A DNA stretch of 64,000 bases from the human T2T-CHM13v2.0 reference genome, Homo sapiens: the NCBI RefSeq assembly GCF_009914755.1, contig NC_060944.1. One strand, given 5' to 3'. The notes below the pieces were generated by a model, which ran no database searches, was not told the origin of the DNA, and worked only from the letters and a program-made list of their open reading frames with translations. The position numbers were made by a program, and so were the translations under genes. Shown in pieces: positions 39,780-51,697 of this stretch; the first letter of the stretch is position 1; the number at the start of each line of letters is the position of its first letter.

Positions 39780-40775
39780 TTATACATCCAGTTCAGTGTC
39801 AACTCCGCCCACATTACCCCAAAACATCCATCGAAATCTTCCCCTTCTCTGGAGCTCCGTGGCTTATACCCCAGCCCAATTCACCAGCCTTGCTCACCCG
39901 GTTAAAGAGGCAGCTCTGGCTGTCTGCTCTCCTCCCACTGATGTCCCCACTGCAGTCAGCATGACTTTGTCTAACTCGGATCCAAACCTGTCACCTCCTG
40001 AAGCCCTCCAGTGGCTCTCACGGCACAGGAAATCCTGGGGCCTCTCTGTGCTCCCTCTTCCCAGGACCCAGGAGCCCACGTGATCTTGTTCCCTTCCCTC
40101 CTGCCCCTCCTGTCTCAGTCCATTCAAACTGCTACAACAAAACCATGGGCTGAGTGGTTTAAAAACAGAAACATTTCTCACGGTTCTGGAGGCTGGAAGT
40201 CCAAGGTCAAGGTGTCGGCAGGTTCAGTGTCTATTGAGAGCCTGATTCTTCATGAAGGGCCATCTTCTCTCTGTGTGCACGCACGGTAGAAGGGGCAAGG
40301 CAGCTCTCTGGTACTCACTTCCCAAGGCTGTACCTCCAAGTGCAATCACACTGGGGATGAGGTGTCAGCAAATGAATTGGAGAGTGAGAACACAAATGTT
40401 CAGTCTGTAGCGGCCACCATGGCCTCTGCTCGCTCTGCTCCAGCCACCTGGCTTTCCCTCCCTTCCTGGAACACACCAACTTCACTCCGACCACTATTCC
40501 CTCTGCCTGGACTTCTCCAGGAAGAGCTTTGCGTGACGAGCTACTCTGCCTCCTCCAAAACTCAGCCCAGGAGCCCCCTCGTGAACGCCTTCGCCAGCTG
40601 AAGTTGTCTTGTTTTTTAATTTATCTGATTTTGTCAGCTTTCTCCTGGACTCCCTGCCCTCAACAAGAATGTAAGGTCTTTCAGGGCAGGGATTCCACGA
40701 ACCTGCTTTCTCAGGGCCTAGAACGTGGCTTGAAACACAGAAAGTGCTCAATAAATGCTCAACATGTCAATGACT
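39780..40775 (+). mobile_element. L2 fragments split by MLT1A
   Basis: aagccctccagtggctc...; ctccagccacctgg...gaatgtaagg...tcagggcagggat...gtgctcaataaatg. Confidence 0.65.
40111..40411 (-). mobile_element. MLT1A-like LTR
   Basis: tgtctcagtccattc...atttctcacggttctggaggctggaagtccaaggtcaaggtg...cacaaatgttcagtctgtagc. Confidence 0.8.
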
Positions 40776-40809
40776 ATTCACATGGGAAAACATGCAAGAA
40801 ATCTGACTT

Positions 40810-40986
40810 AAGAAGAAACCTACAATATGCCAGTTACATTTAAATTTCAGATAAACAAATATTTTTAGTATGAGTATCTGCCATACGTATACTAAATATT
40901 TGGGACATCCTTATACTAAAAAAAAAATTGTTGATCTGAAATTGAAGCTTAACTTGGCATCCTGGGTTTTACCTCTGACAACTCTA
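40810..40986. mobile_element. MER53 palindromic MITE
   Basis: ccagttacatttaaatttcagataaacaa...tttgggacatccttatactaaa...atctgaaatt...tgacaactcta. Confidence 0.85.
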
Positions 40987-41356
40987 ATCTAATAGAACCA
41001 TCCATTTTATGCTAAAGAGGAAGTCTCAAAGCTGGCTGGGAAGCTTCAGAGAAAGATCGAGCCCTGGGCTGCACCAGAGGGACTGATCCAATCTTTGGGT
41101 TCGAATTTCTCTGCCTGTGATTCTAATCATTCGCTGAGTTTGGGGATCGTGACGCTGAATCCTCAGAACATACCCAACCAGGGCTAGCACCAGCTCTGAG
41201 GAGTAGGGGACTCCCTGCCGATGGGGGAGATGTTCCCACACTGGGGGTGTTTGGGGAGCTCTGGCTATCAGGGAAAACCATGGTCCTCTCTTCTCTCAAC
41301 AGGGCACAGCTACTTCAGCCTCATCCAGCCTCGCCTGTCCCAACGTTGTTCCATAG

Positions 41357-41460
41357 AGTGTAAAAAGCAGCCCAGCAGTGTGAAAAACAGCCCCCAAACT
41401 CCCAGGAGTGTGAAAAGCAGCCCCCAGACTCCCAGGACTGTGAAAAGCAGCCCCAAAAGG
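41357..41460 (+). repeat. 30-bp tandem repeat (~2.7 copies plus a shorter leading unit)
   Basis: agtgtgaaaa(a/g)cagccccca(a/g)actcccagg at 41377 and 41407, partial at 41437. Confidence 0.85.
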
Positions 41461-41797
41461 CCGTATCCATATCCTAACCCCTGCAGCTGTGAATGACAGC
41501 TGATTTGGAAGTAGGCTTTTTGGAGATGTGAACAACTCTTTGGAGAAGTCCTTTGGATTTAGGGTGTTCTTATAAGAAAAGGGAGATTTGAAACACAGAC
41601 ACAGAGAGAAGAAGGCCATGTGAAGATGCAGAGATTGGCCACCAGCCACTGGGAGAGAGGTGCGGAGAAAACTCTGCCTCTGAGGCTTGAGAGAATTGAC
41701 CCTGCCAATGCCTTGATTTCTAGCTTCCAGCTTTCAGGACCGTGCGAGAATAAATTCTGTTGTTTAAGTCACCCAGCAACCCTGGGAAACAAACACC
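41440..41797 (+). mobile_element. MLT1B/C-like LTR
   Basis: atcctaacccc...cttataagaaaagggagattt...gaagaaggccatgtgaagatg...ccttgattt...aataaattctgttgtttaag. Confidence 0.8.
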
Positions 41798-42559
41798 TCA
41801 ACTGGATTAGAAGCAAACTGAGGACACTAACTCCTGCCTTTTTATAAACCACCCTCTCCCAAGCACCTAACATTCTCCAGGGGATGCAGGAAGAGCTGAA
41901 TAAAGGCCTAAAGGTGAACTGAGTCAAGCTAAGTTCCAGTTTCCATAACACCCCGAGACCTCAGGATTGGGCAAAAGAAAGGCAATGTCACCACCTTGGT
42001 GACCTGGCTCACAGCAGGATTTGCTGGAAATTAATCACTCAGGATCAGGGAATGATGCCCATGAAGCTAAGGTACCAGGAGGGAGTGGCGTTGTGGCGAG
42101 TGCCACTGCCTGCCTCTCCCGTGAAAGGAAGACTCGGTGAAGTAAGAGGCACTGGGCAGCCTGCTCGGGTGAACAGGTGAGCATCGGCCTGGGGAAGGGC
42201 CTGCAGCTGGGGGTGGGGGTGGTGAGCTCAAGTTCTGGCAAGGCTGTGCCAACATGGTACTGGGCAAGTTAGAAGGACACGGTGGCCCTCTCACCACCAT
42301 GGGTACATGGACAGCAGGCTCCTCTCTTTAGAATTGAGGATGGAGAGGAAGCCAGAGCTCAGCAGGCCCATGGAGAGCAGGGGAGGTAAGACGTGGAGTC
42401 AACGCCCCTTTCTGGCTGCCCCTTTCTGGCAAAATCGCCTCCAAGCAGGAGGTGACGGCTGAGCCCATTTGTCGGACAACTCAGAAATGGTTTATTTGTA
42501 CACGGCCTTCAAATGTGCATCCCAATGCCAGATGCACCCAAATGATCATCATTCCTTGC

Positions 42560-43530
42560 TAGTGGGGGCTCTCAAACTTGACCTTGCATCCACATCACGG
42601 ACTCGCCCAGAGGACTTGTTAAAACACGGATGGCCGAGGCCTAACCCCAGAGCTTCTGATCCAGTAGGTTTGGATGGTACCTAGATGGTCTCCATTTTTT
42701 TTCTTTTTTTTTTGTTAGTTTTTATTTTTATTTTAAGTTTCAGGGTACATGTGCAGGATGTGCAGGTTTGTTACATAGGTAAACGTGTGCCACGGTGGTT
42801 TGCCGCACCTATCAACCCACCACCTAGGTATTAAGCCCCGCATGCATTAGCTATTTTTTTCTAATGCTCTCCCTCCCCAAACCCTACCTTCCAACAGGCC
42901 CCAGTGTGTGTTGTTCCCCTCCCTGTGTCCACGTGTTCTCATTGATCAGCTCCCACTTATGAGTAAGAACATGCAGTATTTGGTTTTCTGTTCCTGTGTT
43001 AGTGTGCTGAGGACAGTGGCATCCAGCTTCATCCGTGTGCCTGCAAAGGACATGATCTCATTCCTTTTTATGGTTGTATAGTATTCTATGGCATGTATGT
43101 ACCACATTTTCATTATCCAGTTTATCATTTGGATTGATTCCATGTCTTTGCTATTGCGAATAGTGCTGCAGTAAACATACGTGTGAATGTATCTTTATAA
43201 TAGAATGATTTATATTCCTTTGGGTATATACCCAATAATGGGATTGCTGGGTCAAATGGTATTTCCTGTTCTAGATCTTTGAGGCATCGCCACACTGCCT
43301 TTTGCAATAGTTGAGCTAATTTACCTTCTCACCAACAGTGTAAAAGCTATTTCTCCGCAACCTCCAGCATCTGTTGTTTCTTGACTTTTTAATAATCACC
43401 ATGCTGACTGGCATGAGGTGGGACCTCACTGGGTTTTGATTTGCATTTCTCTAATGGAGATCTCCATTTCTAGCAGGCTCCCAGGTGGGGCCGCTGCTGC
43501 CACTGTGGGGACCACACTTTGAGCAGCCGG
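42560..43530. mobile_element. MER5A split by L1PA insertion
   Basis: ctctcaaacttg...cttgttaaaacac...ccccagagcttctgatccagtagg | catttctagcaggctcccaggtg...ggggaccacactttgag. Confidence 0.75.
42698..43456 (-). mobile_element. L1PA (PA7-PA10-like) 5'-truncated 3' end
   Basis: gggtacatgtgcaggatgtgcaggtttgttacataggtaaac...; ORF 43125-43307 gives L1 ORF2 C-terminal EIPFDPAIPLLGIYPKEYKS; TSD tctccattt at 42689 and 43461. Confidence 0.95.
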
Positions 43531-44204
43531 TATAGGGATTTTGACTGAGCCTCAGGCCGCAGTGAGGCCACGTTTGCCCTGCGTGAGCTGCTGCTCGGGA
43601 AGACGGGGGCTTCATACCTCAGTGAGGTGTCCCTCACTCCACAAACCTTGGCTGGACACTTGCTACGTGCCAGAAACTGCTCTGCCCTGGGGATGTGGAG
43701 ATGAGTGGGGCGTCCTTGTGCATCCCCGCTCCCCAGCCACAGCCTAGAAGGGGCTCCCTGTGACTACTCCTGTCCCTCTCAGATCACTCTTGGAGTTGTA
43801 GCCAGGGTGATCTTTGAAAACACCAAATCCTGCCACATCACCTGTCCCACTACCCTCAGCCTAGGAGCTAGGAACTGACCAGTTCCCCCTGTGCTATAAA
43901 TGAGAGCACGTCGCTCAAATTCCAGTTATTTCCTCCAATTACGTCCTCCCCCAACACCTCTGATGTCTTGCCAGGACTCTGAGGGGCTGACAGGCAGCAG
44001 AGGAGGTGGGAGGCCCAAGGGCAGTGGGGAGCAGAGGCCCTGGATCTAAGGTGACCTCATTTCAGCACTGAGTCCTCACCCAGGATTCCCCTGGGAAAAC
44101 TGAGACTCTTGGCCACCCTACCTGGTTGCTCCTACTTCCTGAGTGATTTGGCCTCAGCTTCATGGCCGATAAACAAGAACAGAGAGGGGCATATGGGAGC
44201 ATTT

Positions 44205-44405
44205 ACACACGTGTTCTGGAGCCAGGTCCAAGCTGTGGGACCAGGATGAGCTGCCTGGCTTTTCTGTGTCTCGGTTTCTTCACCTGCAGAATGGGCATGA
44301 CAATAGTTCCTGCCTCAGAGGAGTGCTTTAAGAATCCAATGATAAAATGTATGAAAAAATGCTTTAAACTGTATATGGCAGGTGGTGCATTGGCTACTAT
44401 AAAAT
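44205..44405 (+). mobile_element. MIR SINE
   Basis: ctctcggtttcttcacctgcagaatggg...aatagttcctgcctcagagg. Confidence 0.75.
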
Positions 44406-44539
44406 TAATTATTTCTTTAAACATGCATCTAAAATGGCTCAAGCCCTCATTTTTCTAGTAATGAGAATGAAGGGCATTTAAAGTCATTTCAGTTGAATCC
44501 AAAAAGAACCTCTGCTAATATACTGCTTACAACAAACAC

Positions 44540-46140
44540 TCTTAGAATCAAATACCATGCCCACCAAAGACTGAATATACCGAGGTTTGCAAAAAAGATA
44601 TGTAAAGATACATGCATGTGTAGTGTGTTGGGAGGGGTGGGGGAGAACTCAAAGAAGCAGCCGTGAAAAAAATGACTGGAAATACTAAGCAATCGAATTC
44701 AAGATATAAACATTACAAAGAGGCTTATTTCACATTTACATACACAAGAGCTAGCTAGTATTCACAATGATGGTATAATAGCCATGAAGCTTTATGCATT
44801 AAGTAATACAGTGCTAAAATATGTAAAGCAAATTGTCTGAAATGTCATTAAGCTTAAGTATTTCTTCCTGAAGAAACCCTTCCAGGATCCCTCAAGGGCT
44901 CTACAGGGGACTCCACTTGTCTTATCACAACATTTATGGTTAGTATTTGTCATCATTCGCTTAACTACCTCTCCACCGCCCTCACTAGAATTGAAGCCCT
45001 GAAAGCCTCAGTCTGTCTTGTTTATTTGTTGTGTGCTCTACAACCCATGTGCATGCAATAAATATTTGTTGACTGCATGACAATTAGATATATATTCAAC
45101 TCTATATCCCTGAAACAGAAAACACACTTTTTTTTTCAAATATTCATGGATGTTTACAAAAATCCATCATATACATTTGGTCAAAGGAAAATTTTAATAA
45201 ATGTCTAAATGAAGAAATTGTATAGAGAATGTAACATTCTCTGACCTTATAGCAAAAGAATAAACAAAAAAAACCCAACAAAAATCTCCAACCTGCTGAA
45301 ATTAAAAATTACTTTATGAAATAGCTTCAGTCAAACAAGAAACCAAAATTGAAATTAGATTATTTATAAAGTAAAATATAAACAACAACAATCCACATAA
45401 AAATGTATGAGATGTGGCTAAGTCTATACTTGGAGGGAAAAAAAATGAGAGATTGAAATGTTTTCATATTTAAAAAACAAATAACTAAACTAAATGAAAG
45501 AAGCAGTCAAAGCTAGAACTAAAAAGAACTAAAAAAAGAACAAAATAAACCAAAGACAGCAGAAGGAGGGAATTAATAGAGATAAAATAAAAGTTTATTA
45601 GAAAACAGAACAAAACATAGAATTTATAATGATATTCAAGAGCTTGTTTTCTGAAAGACAAACAAAGTAGACATGGAAGTGGAAATTTTAATTTAAACAT
45701 ATAAATAGTCTCATCACAAGTGATTTTTTTTTACACTTGATCTTATCCAAAAGGCCAAGAAGTGATACAATAGTGTTTAAAAAAAAAAAAAGCTATAAAA
45801 TAGTTTTTAAACTATAAAGTAGGAGTGAACTACGGAATAACTCTGAAAATCTACAGGAAATAAAATTATAAGATTTTACTCTAAAAAAGAACATTCTAGA
45901 AGACCTAAATATGCAGACAGTCTACGCTCCTGGATGGGGAAAATTGAGACTTGTAAACATACCAGCCCTTCTCAGATTAATAAGTGAATTTAATATAATT
46001 CCAATCACCATACTAATGAGATCTGGGGGCCAGAGGAAGGCAGATTTTAACAACTGAGTATAAAGCTGCTCTGAGAAAAAAAAAAATGCATGGCAAGAAC
46101 TAAGACAGTTCTGAAAAATAGAATAATGAAGAAAGCCAGT
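44540..46140 (+). mobile_element. Highly decayed old L1 ORF2 fragments, with an L2 3' end at ~44850-45080
   Basis: cattctctgacc, aaaatgtatgagatgtggctaa, agagcttgttttctgaaaag, agacctaaata...cctggatggg; L2 tail aataaatatttgttgactg. Confidence 0.6.
45724..45766 (-). pseudogene. Truncated U2 snRNA retrocopy (first 35 nt of U2 plus short A tail)
   Basis: Reverse complement ATCACTTCTTGGCCTTTTGGATAAGATCAAGTGTA vs U2 5' end ATCGCTTCTCGGCCTTTTGGCTAAGATCAAGTGTA (3 mismatches, 2 at CpG), followed by an A run. Confidence 0.9.
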
Positions 46141-46260
46141 GAAATGGGTGGGGATGCTTCACCCAGGCACCCAGGAGCAGGGATCTAGAACTGAGAGGAT
46201 AGGGACTCATGGTTGTGGGTGCCCTGCCTTCTGCCCCTCATTCATCCTGACAGCCTCCCT

Positions 46261-46704
46261 GGCCAGACCAACACCCAGCCGCTCACCCCAACACCCAAGA
46301 CGCTTCAACCACCCACAGTCCTTCACCAGACAAGGCGAGACCAACACCCAGCCGCTCACCCCAACACCCAAGACGCTTCAACCACCCACAGTCCTTCACC
46401 AGACAAGGCGAGACCAACACCCAGCCGCTCACCCCAACACCCAAGACGCTTCGACCACCCACAGTCCTTCACCAGACAAGGCGAGACCAACACCCAGCCG
46501 CTCACCCCAACACCCAAGACGCTTCGACCACCCACAGTCCTTCACCAGACAAGGCCAGACCAATGCCCAGCCTCTCACCTCAACACCCAAGACACTTCAA
46601 CCAGCCACAGTCCTTCACCAAACAAGGCCAGACCAATACCCAGCCACTCACCCCAACACCCAAGACGCTTAGACCACCCACAGTCCTTCACCAGACAAGG
46701 CCAG
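46261..46704. repeat. Minisatellite/VNTR, 73-bp unit x ~6.1
   Basis: gaccaa unit starts at 46266, 46339, 46412, 46485, 46558 and 46631 (exact 73-bp period); units 1-4 almost identical. Confidence 0.97.
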
Positions 46705-48933
46705 CATCCATTCCCTGGCCCTCATCTGCTTTGGACTTACACCAAAGACTTAAAATTTGGTGCCTGTCTGAGCCTAATGCTTCAAGATGTGATTCTGTAG
46801 CTGTTGCTATGGGACTAAACAGAAGAAAGATAATTATTAAACAAAGTGGGAGCAGGCAGACCCAAAGTAATAAAAGATGGTATGGCCCTTGCACAGACAA
46901 CGGACTTAAAGGACAAATAGATGAACGTCAGTGCTGAGCTCGTTCAGGACACTGCCTTTGGCACAAATGAAGAGGCCGGGATGGCAGCACCAGGCTCTGT
47001 GGACAAGAAAAGCTGGCAATGTGTAGTCCAGTGGGCACCAGGGGAGGGGGTGATGGAGGCCACCCATGCTGTGCCTGCTGAACTTAGGAAGCAGCCTGTG
47101 ACAACTGAAGAAGGGAAGAGCTTGAAGAACTTGCTCAGGCTGCAAATGGAGACCAAAAGAAAATTGCACAGCATCATCTCTGGTGCAAGGAGAAAAGGTC
47201 AGAAGAAAGAGAGTCTTTACAGTCAAGAGTGTAACATCAAATGACTGATTAGAAATTATTGAAAACACAAAATTCAAGGGACATTTTCCCCTCCATATGT
47301 TATTGACACATCCAAAAGTTCGAAGTATGAATTCCAGGATGCTTGCAGTGAGAAGCAACATTCTAGTGTCCAGTCCCAGAGGAAAGAGCTATTTCTTCCA
47401 CAACATCCCTATCAAGAGTCCAGGTTCTGACCTCTCTTTGGTCTGAACTTGGTCATGTGCATAGCCCCGAGCCAATCGTGGTGGGTACAGGCTTAGAATC
47501 GGGATGCCTGCTGCAACTGCACAGACCAATCTGGTTCAACTTTGATGTAACAACGTTGTCAGTTGTTTTCCATTGCCGTGGAATCCCAGGTTCAAGGTCG
47601 TGTAATCTGAGCATGTGATGAAATTTTAACCTTCTCTTTCTTTCAGACTGAACCTTCTGGAGAACATCAGAGATTTCCCAGGCCCCCATTTTTAACTCTG
47701 GGAAGTGAGCTTGGCACCATCGGGTGTCCAGTTATTCAAAAGCAGTGCTTCCATTCCCTCCCTTACCTCACCCTATGGTCACATGGCTTCCAGCTCATCA
47801 ATCCCTGGAAGAAAGATACATTCCAGATTTGGGGATCAACAGAGAAGAGCCCTGCTCTGCTGTGGGACCTCAGCTGTATCTACCTCACAAGTTGCCATCA
47901 ACAAAGACCCCTTCTGGGGGCACATCAGAGGGGAAAAGGGTGGGCAGGGGTGCTTGTTCTTGGTGAAATCAGCATTTCCAGTTATCGTTTAAAAATGCCT
48001 TCAGAAAAGACAATCCGTCCAAGGGAAATAGTCTCAGGGATATTCATTTCTGGAAATTTATCCCCCATTCCCTCCCTTGCAAAGTCCTGCGGGCTGCTAT
48101 TTCCAAAATGGTGTGGACCTGGATAGATTTTGGCTAAGGGCTGGCTTGAATGCTCTATGCTGAAGGGATCCAGCTGTCTTCCTCTGGGCCTCCATATCCT
48201 GCTTATTGCAGTAGAAACGAGATCATTGTCCCTAAGACAAAACAATAGTAACTAGCATTCATATTGCATCTTATATTTTTAAAAACACTTTCATTTCCTT
48301 TGCTTCACTTCTGAATCAGGTACTATTTGGTCCTCATTTTACAGAGGAGGAAACCCAGGCTCACAGAGTTGATTGATCTCAAAGCATCATCTGGAAAGTA
48401 TTGAAGTATTGCTATCCAGCCCCTGAAGAACATACACATGATGTAATTGCACAAATTCATTGTAAAATAATAGTAATAATAAAGGTAAAATTAAGCACTC
48501 GCCACCAGTGGTGCAAATCCCATAACTGCTATTTTCTCTGTTTCAGTGGTCATTTCCTTGTGAGGCTGTGTAGTTATTCATGTAACCAATCCTCTGTTGT
48601 CGGCTATCGAGCTTGTTTTCACCTTTCCAATTCAGGCTTTCTGGGGTAGATCCTCAGTCCTTTCCAATGTACTAGGTGGCTCTGCCCTACGGGAAGGGAC
48701 GGTTTACAAGTCAGATTGACTTAGAAATCCTTTGCAACTAAGTGGAAAATCATAATTAAAATGACCACCTGCCTGACACGTTTACTGCACTGTCGCATCC
48801 CCAAAAGCACAAGAGAAAATGGATGGGATGATACAGTGATGACTCTGAAGACATGGCTGCCCACATTCCCACGGCCTTTTCATTTTCCTGCAGCCAGCGC
48901 TGCCCTGCCAGGGCACAGGTAGGCCGGGGGTTC

Positions 48934-49065
48934 CCAGTGGCGTGCTGGGAACACTTAATGACAGAGTATCTACAGGGAGGGGAGTCTTGATTTTAGTGCT
49001 TGCCAGTTTCCATGGTGTCAATACTCCCACCATGTCAAGCTCCCAGTGTGCGTCACTGGATGCAG
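48934..49065. mobile_element. MER63A-like (hAT-Blackjack) fragment
   Basis: cagtggcgtgctgg...tgatttt...tttccatggtgtcaatactcccaccatg...cgtcactg. Confidence 0.7.
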
Positions 49066-49069
49066 GTTG

Positions 49070-49328
49070 CTGGGTGTAACGGGATCGCGTGAGCTAACAG
49101 GAGCTGGAAGTACCCATGGGTTGGAATGACACCTTATGCACCGAGAGCTCCCCAGCCCAGCTAAGTTCCAGTTCCCACACCGATGAACTGCTTGGTAACA
49201 TTTCACTTCCTTCCCGCACCTGTCTTACGTCCTGTCTTGCTTGTACCCCTGCTGGAGTTGCCTGGGATCAGCTTCAACATAAACTCTACACTCAGAGCTT
49301 GCATCTGGGGGAGACTCAACCTAAAGTG
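49070..49328 (+). mobile_element. LTR16-like fragment
   Basis: ccagttcccacac...cctgggatca...ataaact...ctgggggagactcaacctaa. Confidence 0.55.
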
Positions 49329-49729
49329 CCCTATAATACAAACTTCACAGCAATGGCAATTTTGAACTTCAAACCACAATAAGAAGGCAGGAGTTCAAGG
49401 CACGTGTGGGAGTTATTTCCCACAAACATTCAGCATCAAGAAAACTCCACTAGAGTAGGCTGCTGCAAGGAGGCGCCTGTGACATTTGGGATTGGCTGCA
49501 GGCTGAGCAAAGAAGCCAATACATCTCAGCTGAAGCAGAGAGGAGCACTTCCCATGGTTTAGAACCCAGGGAAGAAGAAAGGATTTCCCAGCCCTGTCCC
49601 TTGCTCTGCATCTGCCCGGTTCAAGCCTCCACTGCCTCTCACTTGGACCAGCAGCAACGCCCCAGTGGGTCGGCCCCCTCCACATTCCACCCTTGTCACC
49701 CCATCTCCCACCCTGAGCCCGGCTGTCTC

Positions 49730-50230
49730 CTGCTGAAACATATGGCCATGCTCACCTCTTTCTTTCTCTGCTTACAACCCTTTAAAAGCCCCTAAAGATC
49801 TCATCTTCCACACCACGGCCTGTGGAACCTCCCATCATCTGGCCCTGCCTCCCCTCCAGTCCAGCCCCAACCCACCCCTGCATTGCTTCCACCCGCTTGC
49901 CTCTCTTTGTGCTGTGTCCATTGCCTGGAATTCTCTTCCTTCTCTTCTTTGTGCAAATCCTGCTCATCTTCCTAAACTCAGCAAGGAGAGTCTCCTCCTC
50001 CAGGAAGCCCTCCCTAACTTCCCTTATCCTGGATTAGCTAACATTCACTCCCAGGAGTCCCCGGCATAGCACTATCACCTCACTCATCCACTGTATTGTG
50101 ATTACATGTTCATGCCTCAGTTTCCCCTAGGAGACTGTGACTTTCCTAAAGAAGCCTTATCTGAATCAACTCTGCATTCCTGTAGCTTGGCATCTTGTTT
50201 GGGGAATGGTGGGTGCTTGGTAGGAATTTT
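49730..50230 (+). mobile_element. L2 fragment
   Basis: tgcctggaattctcttcc...ctcctccaggaagccctccctaac...agactgtga. Confidence 0.65.
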
Positions 50231-50236
50231 AAGGCA

Positions 50237-50290
50237 ATTCATTCATGCATTCATTCATTCATTCATTCATTCATTCATTCATTCATTCAT
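50237..50290. repeat. (TTCA)n microsatellite
   Basis: Directly visible. Confidence 0.9.
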
Positions 50291-50553
50291 ACATTGCTTC
50301 TGGCTGCCGAAATGCCTGCATTCTCTCCGCTATTGATGGCTAAGTCATGAGGAGTGGTTGGGAGGCAGCAGTTAACCAAATTGATTAGGTACTTACTTTA
50401 TGCTAAATAAAGTACTGGTAGGGCTCTGGGTCTTAAGAAGTGGGGCCCCTGACCTCAAGACACCTACCAGGAGACAGGAGCGCACATCTAATGTGCTGGA
50501 CCAGGGCACTTCAAATTTTAATTGGCACACAAACCACCTAGGGACCATGTTAA

Positions 50554-50910
<357 letters not shown>

Positions 50911-51398
50911 CCGAGGGTCTTCGTTTCTAACCAGCTCCCAGATGACGCAGCCCTGCTGGCCCCGAGCCACACTGGGTGCTTACTGGCAACGTGTTGCACT
51001 CTGCAACCAAAGGCAAGGCCGCATGGCACACATCCTTCCCTCCTGCCCCACATGCTAGTATGTTCCTTCAATCAACTCTCACTTTGTTCCCTAAATGTAT
51101 TTAAAGGTAAATTTTAAATTCTTATCTTAAATGAAAAAGAAACATCACTTTTGATACACAGAAAATACCCAGGAGATAAATAGAGTAAACTGTTCTACAC
51201 CTGGTTGCACATCCTCACCTGATGGTCCTGAGCCACATCCAGCTCCCCCTCTGTTCAAATCAACTTCAAAATAAACTCCATACTCAGAGCTTTCGTGGCC
51301 AATGGAGATGGTCAATGTTAGGGGTTAAAGGCATATTAGCACTAAGCCGAGACTTTCTCTTTGAGATCACTAGAGGGATTCTGAAGAATGGAAAAAGG

Positions 51399-51697
51399 GG
51401 CCAGGCACGGTGGCTCATGCCTGTAATCCCAGCACTTTGGGAGGTCAAGTCTGGCAGATCACCTGAGGTCAGGAGTTCAAGACCAGCCTGGCCGACATGG
51501 TGAAACCCCGTCTCTACTAAAAATACAAAAGTTAGCCAGGCTTGGTGGTGGGTGCCTGTAGTCCCAGCTACTCGGGAGGCTGAGGCAGGAGAATCGCTGG
51601 AACCAGGAGGCAGAGGTTGCAGTGAGCCAAGATCATACCATTGCACTGCAGCCTGGGCGACAGAGCAAGGCTCCATCTCAAAAAAAAAAAAAAAAAG
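51399..51697 (+). mobile_element. AluSx-like
   Basis: Full dimer; degenerate TSD aatggaaaaagg / aatggagaaagg. Confidence 0.95.

Noticed and set aside
46261-46704. CRISPR-like array, or a mucin-like CDS from ORFs 46139-46672 and 46213-46800
   Set aside because: Units are contiguous with no unique spacers and the DNA is primate. The open frames follow from the T-poor unit, and the 73-bp period is not a multiple of 3.
46921-47244. 107-aa ORF with KQPVTTEEG, faintly reminiscent of small GTPases
   Set aside because: No G1/G3/G4 motifs or other similarity; most likely chance. A BLASTP/tBLASTn search would settle it.
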